Counted from the first letter of the stretch, positions 25,611 to 38,949 are shown. The stretch is DNA of 64,000 bases from Octopus sinensis (GCF_006345805.1 NC_043010.1:26102001-26166000), one strand, 5' to 3'. A program made the numbers and translations. Notes: generated by a model from the sequence alone, not told the origin.

Positions 25611-26550
25611 GACAGAAGATGTGAGGGAGTGTTTCTGGCATCAGTCTATGAACTATGGCCAAGCTGGATGCCTTTGAAGGATTTAGTTGATTATATATAT
25701 TGATTCCAAAACTACTGACCTTCAAGCAAAATGAAAAACAAAAGTCAATTGTGCAGAAAGGGATACTGATACAGAGAGAACAGACGGAAACTGAAAGAAG
25801 CCCGTCGTATATATATATATATGTGTGTGTGTTTGTGTGTCTGTCCCCCCAACATCGCTTGACAACCGATGCTGGTGTGTTTACATCCCCGTAACTTAGC
25901 AGTTCGGCAAAACAAGTAAAAGAGTATACAGCATGTCCATAAATTACCTTTACAATTTGAAAAAATTCAGAATAAATCAATGAAGCCCATCTAGAAAAGT
26001 TTAAAAGTTTCTAATGAAACTTTATTTGTTTGCCTACATTTTCCAATAAACTCTGCTCACTTACCCTTGTTTCTTTTATATATGAAGGGGAACCCCAAAG
26101 AAACTGGAATTTTGCAATATTTTATTCACTTAGTTTTACATGTTTAGACTTTTATCACCTTCAAAGTATTCTCCATTTGAAGCAATGCATCAATCCAGAT
26201 ATACCATATGGCAGTACGACTTCAATCGATATCACCAGTCGGCAGACTGATGCATCAAGTGGCTTCTAGCAGCAGGGAGAACGTTTCTGCTTACTTTTGG
26301 GTCCCCCCTTGTATACGCGTGTATGTTTATATTACCATCCAATACATACTGCAGTTTTCATTCTTCAAATTTCACTACCAACATTTTGTTCAAACTGAGG
26401 CTTATGATGACTCACTTTCCTAAAATACCTTGGAAAGAACTACATAAGCACACAGCCATGCTTGCATGGAATTCCAGAGAATGGTAAAGTACAACTAATC
26501 AACTAATTTTGTTTGAAAACTTCAAAAATAATCAAAGAAAACCAACTTAC

Positions 26551-26602
26551 TCATTCCTAGTCCTTGTACCATATACAAGAAACTTTCAGCGAATTCTTCA
26601 GG
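26551..26602 (-). CDS. NDRG: NDRG-family coding exon: PEEFAESFLYMVQGLGM
   Basis: tttccatttctcttccag|CCTGAAG...GGAATGA|gtaagt. 52 nt, phase 0 to 1. Equivalent to NDRG1 PAKLAEAFKYFVQGMGY. Confidence 0.92.
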
Positions 26603-27409
26603 CTGGAAGAGAAATGGAAATGGTTTGTGACAGGTGTTTTCTATAAATTCATTGTTTTTTCATCAACATAACCAACTTCCTTTAAGATATGTGTACAATG
26701 CTGACATGGGTTGGATGGATTTGTTGCACAGTACATCAGTACAGTCAACCACTGCAATCAGAATTACACCAAGTTTTTGCATGTGTCAAAAATACTACAA
26801 GCCAGCATATTTGAAAAAAAATAAGTGAAGCATCTTCCATAACAACAAGAACAAGATGTGACCTGGATGAGTTTAGAAGAGTGAGAGGGAAATGAAAGAT
26901 AAAAAATCCAAGACTTACAAGGATTTACTGAACACAAAACAGAGACAGTGTAAAGTAGAGAGGGTTGTTTAGACTTGCAGTGAATAAAGCAACCCCTCTA
27001 GTGCTGGTGCTTTCATAAATACATTCACCCCACTCTGTAACATGGCTGATGTTGGGAAGGGCATCATTACATATTTCTTTGCATCCCAGGTGCCAGTTCA
27101 TCTTCCTTTGTGTCCCAGTGTCACCTTGATGGTATACACTGCTCTCTCACTCAATAATAATAATAATAATAATAATAATGGTTTCAAATTTTTCCACAAG
27201 GACAGCAATTTGTGGGGGAGGGGGTGAGTCAATTACATTGACCCCAGTGTTTCACTGGTACTTAATTTATTGACCCCTAAAGGATGAAAGGTAAAGTTGA
27301 CCTCAGCAGAATTTGAACTCTGAACATAGCAACAAACGAAGTGCTGCTAAGCATTTCATCCAGCATGCTAACAATTCTGCTAGCTCACTGCCTTGATAAT
27401 AATAATAAT

Positions 27410-27411
<2 letters not shown>

Positions 27412-27440
<29 letters not shown>

Positions 27441-28305
27441 GTTTAACGTCCGTTCTCCATGCTAGCATGGGTTGAACGGTTCGACCGGGGATCTGGGAAG
27501 CCAGAAGGCTGCACCAGGCTCCAGTCTTATCTGGCAATGTTTCTACAGCTGGATGCCCTTCCTAACGCCAACCACTCTGTGAGTGTAGTGGGTGCTTTTT
27601 ACATGCCACCCGCACAGGTGCCAGGCGAGGCTGTCAACGGCCACGGTCTGATTGGTGCAATTTACGTGCCACCGGCACGGAAGCCAGTCGAGGCGGCGCT
27701 GGCATCGGCCACGATTCGGATAGTGCATTTTACGTACCACCAGTCCAGGGGTCCTGGCATCTGCCGGATGCCAGTCATAGGATTGGTTCAATTTCGATTT
27801 CGATTTCACTTGCCCCAACATGTCTTCGCAAGCAAAGGGGGTTGGCATCGGTGCCTGTCGTCGGATGAGGTTCGATATCGACTTGGCTTGCATCAACAGG
27901 TCTTTGTGTCCAAGGGAGGAAAGGCATGCATAAGTGGGCTGGGCTCACTTGTCCTGCCTGGTCTTCTCACGTACAGCATATTTCCAAAGGTCTCGGTCGC
28001 TGGTCATTTCCTCAGTGAGGCCTAAAGTTCGAAGGTCGTGCTTCACCACCTCGTCCCAGGTTTTCCTGGGTCTACCTCTTCCACAGGTTCCCTCAACTGC
28101 TAGGGATTGGCACTTTTTCACACACCTATCTTCATCCATTCTCGCCACATGACCATACCAGCGCAATCGTCTTTCTTGCACACCACAACTGATGCTTCTT
28201 AGGTACAACATTTCTCTCAAGGTACTAACGCTCTGTCGAGTATGTACACTGACATTACACATCCATCGAAGCATACTGGCTTCATTCCTCGCGAGCTTAC
28301 GCATG
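27412..28305 (-). mobile_element. 3' fragment of the same RTE family
   Basis: Encodes MRKLARNEASMLRWMCNV...EKTRQDK*, followed by the 3' UTR and (TGA)n tail; closely similar to 4007-4940. Confidence 0.9.
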
Positions 28306-28352
<47 letters not shown>

Positions 28353-28587
28353 CCATTCTACTAAAGGCACAAGGTCAGAAATTTGAGGGGAGAGGACTAG
28401 TGGATTACATTGACCCCAATGTTTCACTAGTACTTAATTTATCAACCCCAAAAGGATGAAAGGTTGAAAATGACCTCAGCAGAATTTGAACTCAGAATGT
28501 AGTGATGGGCAAAATACTGCCAAGCATTTCGTCCAATGTGCTAACGATTCTGCTAGTTCGCTGCCTTAACAACAACAATAACAACAA

Positions 28588-28619
<32 letters not shown>

Positions 28620-28866
28620 ACAACAACAACAACAACAACAGCAACAACAACAACAACAGATATGTTAACCTCTACACCAAAGTGACACAATTTTTTACCA
28701 TCGTAATTAATAGAATAAATTTAGCTATAATGACATATTGGTGACGAGTCAACAAGGGTCTCAGTCCAAGAAGTATTCAGTGTGACTGACTACTTTAGTC
28801 ACCTTGAATAATGTGTGAGATCGATAAAAGAATAAAGTATGAAGAATGGTAGTAAAGTATTCTTAC

Positions 28867-29014
28867 TTTCTCTGTTAAAACATTTGCAACTCCGTCGACC
28901 TCAAGAAGCTCCAGAGATTTTCTGTTGCTCACTTTGTTAACCATTGCTTGGTAGAGTGTGTGTACAGTACGATTGAATGAAGCCTTGGAGCCAGTCACCA
29001 ACAAACAAGGACAA
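28867..29014 (-). CDS. NDRG: NDRG-family coding exon: CPCLLVTGSKASFNRTVHTLYQAMVNKVSNRKSLELLEVDGVANVLTEK
   Basis: tcctttatctttgtag|TTGTCCT...GAGAAA|gtaaga. 148 nt, phase 2 to 0. LLVTGSKAS...TVHT matches the recalled ZK1073.1-type NDRG motif. Confidence 0.93.
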
Positions 29015-29338
29015 CTACAAAGATAAAGGAAAGGAAGTCAATGAACGAGTAAATAGTTGGCATGAATCACTGTCTGATATAGCTCTTTCTTTTCATCTTC
29101 TTATTTGTTTCAAGTCACCAGATAATGGCCATTCTGGGGCACTGCCTTGACGAATTTTCTAGTTGAATGAATTGATCCCAGTACTTGTTCTTTTTAACTA
29201 CGTGTACTTATTCTGTTGGTCTCTTTTGCCAAACCACTAAGTTACAAAGATGTAAGCATACCAACACCGGTTGTCAGATGGGGGGTGAAGAACATAGCCA
29301 AAGACTCACACACAAATGTATTTATTTATTTATTTTTA

Positions 29339-29387
<49 letters not shown>

Positions 29388-29479
29388 TCAGCAAAATTTA
29401 GATTCAGATGAATATGATACTTAAGTTAAAGGCACCAAAATTTGGTATGGTATTATCCATATAAATCAAATGGGGTGAT

Positions 29480-29801
29480 TATAATAAAATAAGCAACAAG
29501 GATATCCAAGGTAGTGTAGTACAATCTTTTCATGCTACTTCATTTTATGAAACACTGTAAGTATTACATCAGTTTTAAAATGTCAAGCAATCTTCAGCCA
29601 CATATAGAATTTTTTAATTAAACGGACAATGCACATTTTTATACTTAAAAATGTGCATTGTCCGTTTAATTAAAAAGTTCTATATGTGGCTGAAGATTGC
29701 TCAACATTTTAAAACCGATGTAATACTTACAGTGTTTAATAAATGAAGTAGCATGAAAGGATTGTACTACACTACCTTGGATATCCTTGTTGCTTATTTT
29801 G

Positions 29802-29807
<6 letters not shown>
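29480..29807. repeat. Inverted repeat with about 162-bp arms, about 95% identity and a 4-nt loop
   Basis: Arms 29480-29641 and 29646-29807, with roughly eight differences counted by eye. Confidence 0.93.
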
Positions 29808-29858
<51 letters not shown>

Positions 29859-30308
29859 GTCATCATCGACTTACGACCACAATTGGTTCCAGCTGACTAG
29901 TCATATGTCAATTTGGTCATAAGTCGGCCTATAAGCTTACATAGCCTTGTTTTATATTTTTACATTCTTAAGGTGCATTCTCAGGTAAAAGTCACACACA
30001 CCATTTTGTATTATACTATTATACTGGCGTTAGTCAAAAATTTCAGTCTTACAAACAAATATGAGGTTGCCTCGATGTCTCTATGACAAGATATTCATCC
30101 AACACTTGGGATAACCACAGTGGTGATCGATAACCAAAACTAGGGGAAGTATTTCTTATCCAATGTCATCTGTAGATGGGTTAATTTCTAAGAAATTAAA
30201 CCCATTAGATTTCAACTGGACTACTTATTGCTGCCAGGTGTGCCAATCATCGTAAGGTCAATCGGTGGTAAGTCAGTGACAACCTGTATATATATATATA
30301 TATATATA

Positions 30309-30680
30309 ATCATCATCATCATCATCATCGTTTAACATCTGTTTTCCATGCTAGCATGGGTTGGATGGTTCTACAGCTGGATGCCCTTCCTTATGCCAAC
30401 CACTCTGTGAGTGTAGTAGGTGCTTTTTACATGCCACTGGCACAGGGGCCAGAGAAGGCTGGCAATGTCCACAATTGGTTGGTGCTTTTTACGCGCCACC
30501 AGCACAGAAGCCAGTCAAGGTGGGGCTGGCATCAGCCACGTTCAGATGTTACTTGACTCAATAGGTCTCCTCAAGCACAGCATGTCGCCCTATGATCCAA
30601 GGTACTTTTGAATGGGCTGGGGCTGGTTATGCGAATCTGGTGTAGGATACAGCCGTGAACTCACTTTATTTGCCGGGTCT
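30309..30680 (-). mobile_element. RTE 3' UTR fragment
   Basis: (CAT)n followed by gtttaacatc...ggatgcccttcc...ggtgcttttt motifs shared with 4050-4400. Confidence 0.8.
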
Positions 30681-31005
30681 TATGTATGATGGGCTTCTTT
30701 CTTGTTTCTGTCTACCAAATTCACTCACAAGGCTTTGATCAGTTTGGGGCTGTAGAAGAAGACACTTGACCAAGGTGCCACACAGTGGAACTGAACCCAG
30801 AACCATGTAGTTGGGAAGTAAGCTTCTTACCATACAGCTACGCCTGTGCCATTTTTACCACCGTCACCCACCCACTTTTTGACAAATTCACGGGGACAGA
30901 GCACTTCCCTTTTCACCCTCAAGTTCCTTTCTAAGTAGAAATTAGAAAATTCGATGAAAGCTTGACCAGAAAGATAAAATATGTCTTCAGCTCCTTCAGT
31001 CTCGT

Positions 31006-31038
<33 letters not shown>

Positions 31039-31079
31039 ATAACAACAACAAAAGCAATAATATAAAAGACAGAACTTAC

Positions 31080-31115
31080 GATACTTTGCCAATAGTTTCA
31101 GCAATACTGGTTCGA
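31080..31115 (-). CDS. NDRG: NDRG-family 36-nt coding exon: (N)RTSIAETIGKV(S)
   Basis: tttttcacttcag|TCGAACC...AAAGTATC|gtaagt. Phase 2 to 2, and it bridges the flanking exons in frame. Confidence 0.88.
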
Positions 31116-31210
31116 CTGAAGTGAAAAACAGAAAGACAGAAAAAATGTGAGATATAGAGGAGATAAAGTGGTTCGTAAAGGAAGTAAGCTGTTATACAAG
31201 GAGAGATAAT

Positions 31211-31336
31211 ATTAAGCTATCCATAGACGAGATGTTTGATTTAATATCATTTTAACTCAAAATATTTAATGTTATTTTTCTAACAAGGCTAGAGGGAATA
31301 AAATGCAAAAGTTTTTTTTTTTTGTTTCCTGACAAC

Positions 31337-31374
<38 letters not shown>

Positions 31375-31513
31375 ACAAAAAAATCTTTTAAATAGAGCCT
31401 GCTGTGCCAAAATTCAGTTTCAAATTATTACATTTTTTTAGCAAATTCAAGACTTTCAGCAACTGAAAGTCACACATTTTTTATCAAAATCTTAATTGCT
31501 TCAAAGAAATTAG
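31211..31513 (+). repeat. Direct duplicate of 20196-20558 (about 90-95% identical outside the GA tract)
   Basis: Shared aagctatccatagacgagatg...(GA)n...tgctgtgcca...aaagaaattag. Confidence 0.93.
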
Positions 31514-32348
31514 TAAGTCCATAAAGGAAGTAAGCCATTATACAGGGGGAGATAATTCAAGTTAAGGGAGTTAAGTGAATATTGACTAATAAAATAACTA
31601 TTATAGGGAATTTTCTATTAGGGAGTGCTAAAGCAATCAACTTGACTTGCTCGAAATAACAACTAAATCCCACTTGATTTAGACCTATTTTGTAAATAGA
31701 AGAACACATGGATAGTAACTAGTCCAAAATATAGTTTAACTAAGAAAAAATATTCATTAGTCATAGTTTGGAACAATTTTGGTTACAGATCTGCATTACT
31801 TTCTTGAAACAAAGTTAACTTTTCTATCAAACAAAGGCCGCCCACCTTATTTTTTATTTGAAGCTGTGGTTCCTGTTGAGTTGTGCCATAATCCACTTAA
31901 TTATTTGGAATTTATGAAACTTTACTTCAAGTAAGGATCATATAAAATTGCAACAAAGCTGTGCAATCATTCTAATCAGGGTTGACAAATGAATGTTTGT
32001 GTTCATAAAATCTACTTTTGAATGTCAATTTAGTTACCCCAATATGTACTTTAAGTTCATCTCCATCAGTAGAAGGCATTTACTGAAGGTACTGTGCAGT
32101 GGCATCAATTTGAAGTAAATTCCTTGACAACACAACAATGCCAGTCAGAACTCATAACTTAGCAGAGAAAACCCATAATACACTAACATTTGTAAACTGA
32201 AAAAAATACTGGTTATAATAGGCAGCAGTTCTGAGAAATAACTTATATTTTTCATTGAAAAATAAATTTAAAAACCGGAAATATTTCTTAGAAAACAAAA
32301 ACAATAAAAAATTAAATTTTTAAAAATAAATGAAAATTGTTTCCTTAC

Positions 32349-32464
32349 TTCATGAATGCCTCGACAAATTTCTTCAAATTTTTTGCATTTATCTTTGAGC
32401 GCAAAGATTCCGTGAAAGTTTTGATAGCAAATTCAAGCTGTTCTTTATTTTCAGCTTTTTCAAA
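32349..32464 (-). CDS. NDRG: NDRG-family (ZK1073.1-like) coding exon, most upstream full exon found: FEKAENKEQLEFAIKTFTESLRSKINAKNLKKFVEAFM
   Basis: Minus strand reads tttttgtag|TTTGAA...TTCATGAA|gtaagg. 116 nt, phase 0 to 2. The peptide resembles the NDRG cap region (NPxNLxxFVxAF). Confidence 0.9.
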
Positions 32465-32569
32465 CTACAAAAACACAGGACCGAAACACAAAAAAAAAAA
32501 AAATGAAAAATAAAATTTTAAAATCTATCCATTTTGAAAATGTAATTATACTACAATCCCTTATATATA

Positions 32570-32632
<63 letters not shown>

Positions 32633-32959
32633 TATATTTACATTAAATAAATTTAGAGATTAGGAAAACTACACAAATCATATTTAGCTCATATTTCGTT
32701 CATCAAATCAGACAAAAATCAATAAAACTACAACATAGGAATTAGTTCAATATTTGAAATAATTACTATAATAAATATTTGTAAAATAATTAATATAACA
32801 CTGAAAACTTGTAATTAAATCTAATCAGCTGTAAACAACTGAAAGCACAAAGAAGAAAAACAAGAGAATACCCAAACATGTTTGCATAATTAAAAATATC
32901 AATCCTATGTCTGTCTTAAAATACAATTAATCACACACACACACGTATATGTACATTAC

Positions 32960-32995
<36 letters not shown>

Positions 32996-33223
32996 CACAC
33001 ACACACACACATATATAAAAATAAACAAATTTTTATACACTCATTGGTTTTACTCATAGAACTGTGGCTATGACGAGATAAGGGCAGATCACAATGACCC
33101 CCAGTTCATGATTGGTACTTGCTTTATCATTCTCAGGAAGCAAAGAGATTTAAACAAATACAAGTTATTTTGTTTAAGGCTTTACTGCTTTGTCAATTTC
33201 TGACATAACTTGGATTTCTGCAA

Positions 33224-33255
<32 letters not shown>

Positions 33256-33426
33256 AGAAATGAGGTACTCAGAAGATAGGATGGTTTATATTTACAGATC
33301 TTTATTTACAGATCTGTAAATATAAACCATCCGATCTTATGAGTTTCTTCTATATAATACCTGTACATCATCTCCAAACCTTCCAAAATATATATATATA
33401 TATAATATATATATATATTATATATT

Positions 33427-33470
<44 letters not shown>

Positions 33471-33509
33471 AATATATAATATATATATATATATATAATA
33501 TATATATAT

Positions 33510-33571
<62 letters not shown>

Positions 33572-33572
<1 letters not shown>

Positions 33573-33890
33573 GAGGTGCAATGGCACAGTGGTTAGGGCA
33601 GCGGACTCGCGGTTGTAGGATCGCGGTTTCGATTCTCAGACCGGGCGTTGTGAGTGTTTATTGAGTGAAAACACCTAAAGCTCCACGACACTCCGGCAGG
33701 TGGGTGGGGGGGGGGGGCGATTCCTGCTGTATTCTTTCGCCACAACTTTCTCTCACTCTTTCTTCTGTTGGCCTGCTCGCTTAGCCAGCGGGGTGGCATC
33801 ATTTCGAGGCTTAAACAATGTGAAGCACATTGTGACCAGCAATGTGTAGCAACATCTGATAGCCTGGTTGGTCACGGTGATCACAGTGAT
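33572..33890 (+). mobile_element. tRNA-derived SINE (same head at 39737-40040 and 63915-64000)
   Basis: GGAGG(T/C)(G/A)CAATGGC.CAGTGGTTAG A box and TTTC(G/A)ATTC B box followed by a shared body; the copies at 33572 and 39737 directly follow (TA)n. Confidence 0.8.
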
Positions 33891-33964
33891 ATATATATAT
33901 ACACACACACACATATATACATACATACATACATATATATACACATACACACACATATTGTATA

Positions 33965-35189
33965 TATCAGGTCATTAAGAACGAAATGTCCAATTTTCTT
34001 TTGCACCAAGTTTGGCATTTGTTAACTCTAATGTTTTATCCAGACAATTCTTTGTTTTACAACATTGAAATTACAACATTGAAGAGTTACATCATCACTT
34101 TTCAAAATGCAATTCGTGGTGTCTGATTATATTGTGAGTTTTCTCTTGTAAATCAATTTTTGTGAACCCATTGATAGATACCAATGCATCCCAGACAGCT
34201 CGAAACATCAATGAGGGCTTTCATGAAGATGTGGCCAATGAGCGCACTATACGCTAATGGTCTGAGAGGTTCCGGTCTGGTGATTTTACTCTTGAAAATC
34301 AGCCCCATGGTAGACCTGAGACCAAGGTGGATAATGAGGAGCTGGAAAGTAGTGGAAGCTGATACATCTCAAACTACATGTGAGTTAGCAGCAAGGTTTG
34401 ATGTTTTGATTCCACCTGCACTGGACCATCTTAAACAAATCGACAAGGTAAAGAAGCTGAACAAGTGGGTACCACATGAACTAAACAAGCATCAAATGTC
34501 ATATGGTCTTGAAACTTGCTATTCGTTGCTATCACAGCATAAAAACGAACCATTTTTGCATCACATTGTTATGTGTGATGAAAAATGGATTCTTTACAAC
34601 AATAGCGAGCGTTCTGCATGGTGGTTGGATAGAGATGAAGTGTCAAAACACAATCCAAAAAAGAGTATTCACCAAAAAATGCTAATGGTGTCTCTTTGGT
34701 GATCCAGTGCTGGTATCCTCCGCTACAGCTTCATGAAATCTGGTAAGTCAGTTACAGCGGATGTTTACATCAACCAACTGGATGAAATGATGAGTGAACT
34801 TGCAATTAAACAACCGAGATTGGTCAACAGAGACAGGCCAATTCTCTTGCAAGACAATGCTTGACCACATGTTGCACAAAGAACGCTACTCAAGTTACAG
34901 AAACTGAACTTGGAAATACTCTATCATCCACCATATTCACCAGACCTTGCAGCAACTGACTATCACATTTTCCAGGCATTAAACAACTTTTTGCAAGTGA
35001 AAAACTTCAAATCTGAAGAAGATGCAAAAACAGCCTTTCATAATATCATAACCTCTTGCTCTCCAGAATCCTTTGCTGCCAGCATAAATAAGCTACCGAT
35101 AAAATGGCAAAATTGAGATGATAATTTAAGTGCATACTTTGATCAACTGTATTGCTTTTTGTTGAAATTGGACATTTCATTCTTAATGA

Positions 35190-35196
<7 letters not shown>
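33965..35196 (+). mobile_element. Near full-length mariner (about 1.23 kb) with decayed transposase
   Basis: TIRs tatcaggtcattaagaacgaaatgtccaattt and aaattggacatttcattcttaatgatctgata, in a TA context. Motifs KWVPHEL, MCDEKW, LLQDNA and HPPYSPDLA are broken by stops and frameshifts. Confidence 0.92.
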
Positions 35197-35235
<39 letters not shown>

Positions 35236-36133
35236 TAATATACACACATACATATGTCTGTCACTCTTTTTCACTTCTGGAGCAATTTCGTTTCACCTAA
35301 CTTTGAGATATGCTGTTTTTCTAAATACAATACGTCTTTAAAGGGTTCTACCCTGGATGAAGTACAGCAGCTTCATAGTACTTAACCACACACAGACACA
35401 AAGCATGCCACATTGATAATATCTACACTATTTAAGTTGCTTCAAACAAAGAAATCAAAGTGCAGTTTAGTGGTTAGGGTATTTGGCTCATGATCTAAAG
35501 ATCATGGGTTCAATGCCCTACTGATATGTTGTGTCCAAGGGTAAGATACTGCTGCTTCAATGCACCCAGCTGGCAAAAATGAATTGTACCTGTAGTTCAA
35601 AGGGCCAGCCTTGTCATATTGAGTGTCATGATAACTCTCCTTGAGATCTACATTAAGGGAACACATGCATGTCTGTGGAGTGCTCAGCCACTTGCATATT
35701 AATTTCATGAGCAGCTTGTGCTCATTTGGAACCCTCATCATCATAGCCGACAGAGTGCCATTATGGTTATTATATGTATAATACACAAGGTATAAAACAT
35801 ATACAAACACACACATATACATACACACTAACATAGATGCAAGCACACATTTATATATCACCATTATTTCTAAGCATCACAATAATTTAATATTACATCT
35901 AATTCTTCTGATTTTCGTGATTTATACAAAAGTCAAAGTGAAAGGCAATGTATATAAAAACACAGACAGTCTAATTAGTTAATTAATGAGTGAAGTCCAC
36001 CGTACAGTCGTCGATACAGACTGTATATTTAGTACAATTGACCGTACAATCACCACAATTTCTCTAATATAAGTCAATCAGAAAAACTCTTTCAAATATT
36101 TTATAAAAAACCTCAAAAAACAATTATTTACAT

Positions 36134-36390
36134 CAATGTTTCTCAACCATTTTTTTTTTTTAACCTATGGACCCCGTCAATCCTTACTTTACATGGATGG
36201 ACCCTAAATATTATTAATAATTATATTTTTTAAAAATTGTCAAAATATTTTACATGCTATAAAAGTATAATCAATTTATTGATGGATTTTAACAAAACCT
36301 TATATGGATCCCCAAGGGTCGTGTGGACCCCTCCCCCCAAGGGCTATTTGGACTCCTAAGGACTACATGGACCCTGGTTGAGAAGCACTG
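36134..36390. mobile_element. hAT-type MITE
   Basis: Ends caatgtttctcaacc and ggttgagaagcactg, with a perfect 8-bp TSD ATTTACAT (36126-36133, 36391-36398). Confidence 0.88.
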
Positions 36391-38365
36391 ATTTACATTA
36401 ACTTAGACAAAAGTAGCAAAAAATTGAATAAAAGCATTAAGATCATTAAGTCATGATATGTTAATTTTATTAATGACATGTAAATTAAAGCTGTTATTTG
36501 TTTTTTCTTTATATTATTTTTATTATTACAACTAGATGGTTATTGGCTTCTAGGGTTATTAATCTAATTACTATCACCTATTAGTTTAATATTGTTAAAC
36601 ATATATGCTTTAGAAGCTTTTAATATTTTAATCTGTTTTTGGTGATTAAATTTTTGTTGTTGCTTTTTGTTGAATTATTTGTTAAAATTTTTAAAAGATT
36701 TCAAAAGAGAAATGTTTTTTTTTGTTGTTTTTTTTTACCCTGAAAGTTCAATCGATCTTTTACATTCCTGTTTATACAACACGGTCAATAATAATAGAAT
36801 GAAACAAAAGAAACAGCAATTAATAATAATAATAATAATAACAACAACAATAATAATAACAATGGTTTAAAATTTTGGCACAAGGCCAGCAATTTCAGAG
36901 GTGGGGGTTAAGTCGATTACATTGACCCCAGTGTTTCACTGATACTTATTTTATTGACCCCCGAAGGGATGAAAAGCAAAGTCAACTGTGGTGGAATTTG
37001 AACTCAGAATGTCAAGACAGACAAAATGCCGCTAAACATTTCATCTGGCATGCTAACAATTCTGTGATCTTGCCACCTTAGTAGTAATTATAATAATAAC
37101 GAAAATGATTATGATGAGTATTTTGTTTGCCAGAAGGGCAGGAGATGAAGAAACACAACATGAAACAGGTTATAGTGTCAGGGGTTGTTTATGGTGAAAA
37201 GAAATAAGAAAAATGAAAATTTAAGTGATAACCTACACACAGCATACAAAACTTTACAATCTCCCTAGAAATGCCTGAACATAATAATAATAAAACTATA
37301 TCAATGATCATAACCACTGAGCCATGAATGAAACACATCATCATCAGCAGATAGTCATCAAGGGGGACATAGCTCAATAGGGGCCACATACCTCCAAACA
37401 ATATCAATGAAAGGAGTTCAAACTCAGCTTGGTACTGGCAGTTTGACAATTCTAAGATTATAAGGACACAACCACCAAAGGACTTTGTGCTCATGCAGTG
37501 TTACCTAAAACTAACCAACTTGGCAGAGTCCACCTGTCTCTCATACACACACACACACACACACACATTCTCTTTCAAGTCTATGACCACAGGTGATGCT
37601 GCAAACTAATATATCTTACATCAACATAACAGTGCTAATTACAGTGAGTTGTCTCTCTACCCTGCAGCACTTATCTACCCATTTACAACTAGACGGACTG
37701 GGTCATCAGAGAATTGAAATGACTCGGTCAAGGACCCAGTGCAGTGCTGGTGACAAGATACAAACCATTGATGCCACACTTGAATGCCTGTTATCCTGTC
37801 AATGTCAAGTGAAAAAAAAAAGCAAAAAATAAAATTAATTCTTAATTAGTAAATTAATAATCTTACACAGACAACGGAAATCTTGTTAAAAATATATATA
37901 ATAAAATATGAACACACATGTTGACCTTTTGGTGCTGATCCATATGGATTGTGTGTGCTTTCAGTTCCGTTTATATTAATTGGTTTAAAGAGATCAAAAC
38001 AGCGAGAGAAAAAAACCTGCCCAGGGATAGGACACTAGTCTACTAGAGGTAACTCTTTCCCTCCAGGAAATTAGCCTTGTTACTTTGACGTTGACTGAAG
38101 CAATACTAAATAGACTTGTTATTCTTGAACCTCTGGACCCAAAATGAGATTCCTCTTCTTTTTCCTCATCCTCGGGACGAGCAAACTAATCATACTTTGT
38201 CAACTTTTTACACAATTTCCATGTATGTTGTGGTTGTTGCAGTAATTATTATTATTACTTTGGTTTGGCTCAGGTTTGGTCTTATTCCTGGTAGGAATTA
38301 TGTGGATATTGGGTTACTACTTGTAACCTTAGGTATCCACAAGTTTTCAACAGTCTTTCAAGTTT

Positions 38366-38574
38366 TCAAGTCCTTAGAACCCTTCTAATAATCCTTGCTC
38401 TCCCTAAGAGACAAACTTTCTGCAGACGCTCTACCAGACATTCTATTCCAACCTGCTCCAGCCATTTGTCTTTATCTTGGTTTACTCTTCCCAACACACC
38501 AATTATAAAAGGCATGACCTTTACTGATTGCATGCTCCAAATTCTTCCTATTTCAAATTTTAAGGGATTGTACT
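38366..38574 (-). mobile_element. 3' end of a restriction-like-endonuclease (R4/Dong-type) LINE
   Basis: Encodes KFEIGRIWSMQSVKVMPFIIGVLGRV...RLQKVCLLGRARIIRRVL*, typical of RLE C-termini. Confidence 0.75.
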
Positions 38575-38607
<33 letters not shown>

Positions 38608-38824
38608 ATTATTGGGTACTTGAGCCAACTCTGGTGGTTACCTCCCCGCCCCATTGGGGAACTTTCATTGTTACATACTTTTGTTAGATATCATTATTGT
38701 TTCAATAGTGTATTCATTGTTTCTGTGTAAAATCCCCACTGTCCATGACTGCTGTATCATCCCCTATATATCAACTCTAGTGGCTAATGAATGAAATAAT
38801 AATAATAATAATAATGACAATAAA

Positions 38825-38883
<59 letters not shown>

Positions 38884-38905
38884 CAATAATAATAATAATA
38901 ATGAC

Positions 38906-38949
<44 letters not shown>

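Noticed and set aside
26551-26641. Longer version of the PEEFAES exon using an upstream AG (NTCHKPFPFLFQ extension)
   Set aside because: It needs phase 1 entry, but the preceding exon ends in phase 0; the proximal AG at 26604-26603 fits.
30870-30931. Possible minus-strand exon after ...ttctacttag
   Set aside because: There is a stop codon in the phase required by the upstream exon and no convincing donor.
33572-33650. tRNA gene
   Set aside because: A and B boxes are present but there is no proper acceptor stem, and the sequence continues into a repeated SINE body.
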